Shown here piece by piece: positions 63,676 to 64,000 of a stretch of DNA of 64,000 nucleotides. Under the pieces are notes generated by a model. That model saw only the letters and a program-made list of their open reading frames with translations. It was not told the origin of the DNA and made no database searches. Positions within the stretch are counted from its first letter, which is position 1. Each line of letters begins with the position of its first letter. The stretch is from Basidiobolus meristosporus CBS 931.73 (Eukaryota > Fungi > Basidiobolomycota): the NCBI GenBank assembly GCA_002104905.1, contig MCFE01000315.1, positions 33,259 through 97,258 on the forward strand, written 5' to 3'. The position numbers were made by a program, and so were the translations under genes.

Positions 63676-64000
63676 TATGTCCACAGGGCTTTTTTTGGTT
63701 GTAGCCCTGCATATTGTACTGAATATCAAAGCAAGCTGTTGTCCAACCATTCTTCTGCTGCTGTCAGCAGGGGGTTTAGTTGGGAACCAGATGATTATGC
63801 ATTATTTCTTGGCAGCATATACATCAAAGTGAGTCATACCAAAGGGAAAATGGTGTAATATGTATATGTGTAAGTGGTGCCACAACATTACTTGTAATGC
63901 TTACTATGACAGATCAACATTTCATCTTACATTCATGTAGGTGTAATGTTTCGATTGGAAAACTGTCTTGAATTCACATGAGTATTGACAAAAATACAAT

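Larger units (their letters stand above)
54595..64000 (-). mobile_element. CACTA fragment in reverse orientation (accessory ORF on -); hosts gypsy C and MITE copy 4
   Basis: 54595-55677, 62875-62942 and 63676-64000 join into the reverse complement of ~4560-5600. Confidence 0.75.

Noticed and set aside
1-64000. Classical fungal RIP, or a non-standard genetic code, as the cause of the many stops
   Set aside because: Visible differences between copies centre on CpG, GC content remains moderate, and the 1144-aa pol reads normally in the standard code. A formal RIP index was not computed.

Overview
This is a eukaryotic window, probably from a fungus or protist (inference). It is built entirely from nested transposable elements, and I recognise no host gene. 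Contents: (1) three Ty3/gypsy families. Family A is a decayed pol plus a ~1.1-1.2 kb LTR. Family B has ~368-bp LTRs and 4-bp TSDs and has inserted into itself. Family C is a near-intact 7.2-kb element at 55678-62870 with ~99% identical LTRs and a tRNA-Lys PBS. (2) A Ty1/copia family with at least 7 LTRs and a half-tRNA-iMet-type PBS. (3) A CACTA/EnSpm (Tnp2) family in several fragments. (4) A compact 3.4-kb PIF/Harbinger-superfamily (PHIS) DNA transposon with AGACTTGTTCC TIRs, 3-bp mostly ANT TSDs and two divergent genes, plus its non-autonomous derivatives: four ~730-bp foldback palindromes and a 211-bp MITE. Almost everything shows CpG->TpG/CpA decay, which implies host CpG methylation. The most interesting signals are in the PHIS system. 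The two arms of each foldback element share copy-private mutations, and the central loop occurs in both orientations, which points to arm-to-arm recombination. Its ends carry a TGCC motif phased at 10 bp. In the youngest copy the transposase ORF has no CpG at all, while the partner gene's tail is CpG-rich. There is also an unclassified 519-bp TTAA-flanked insertion with a terminal hairpin. All alignments and identity figures were made by eye and are approximate.
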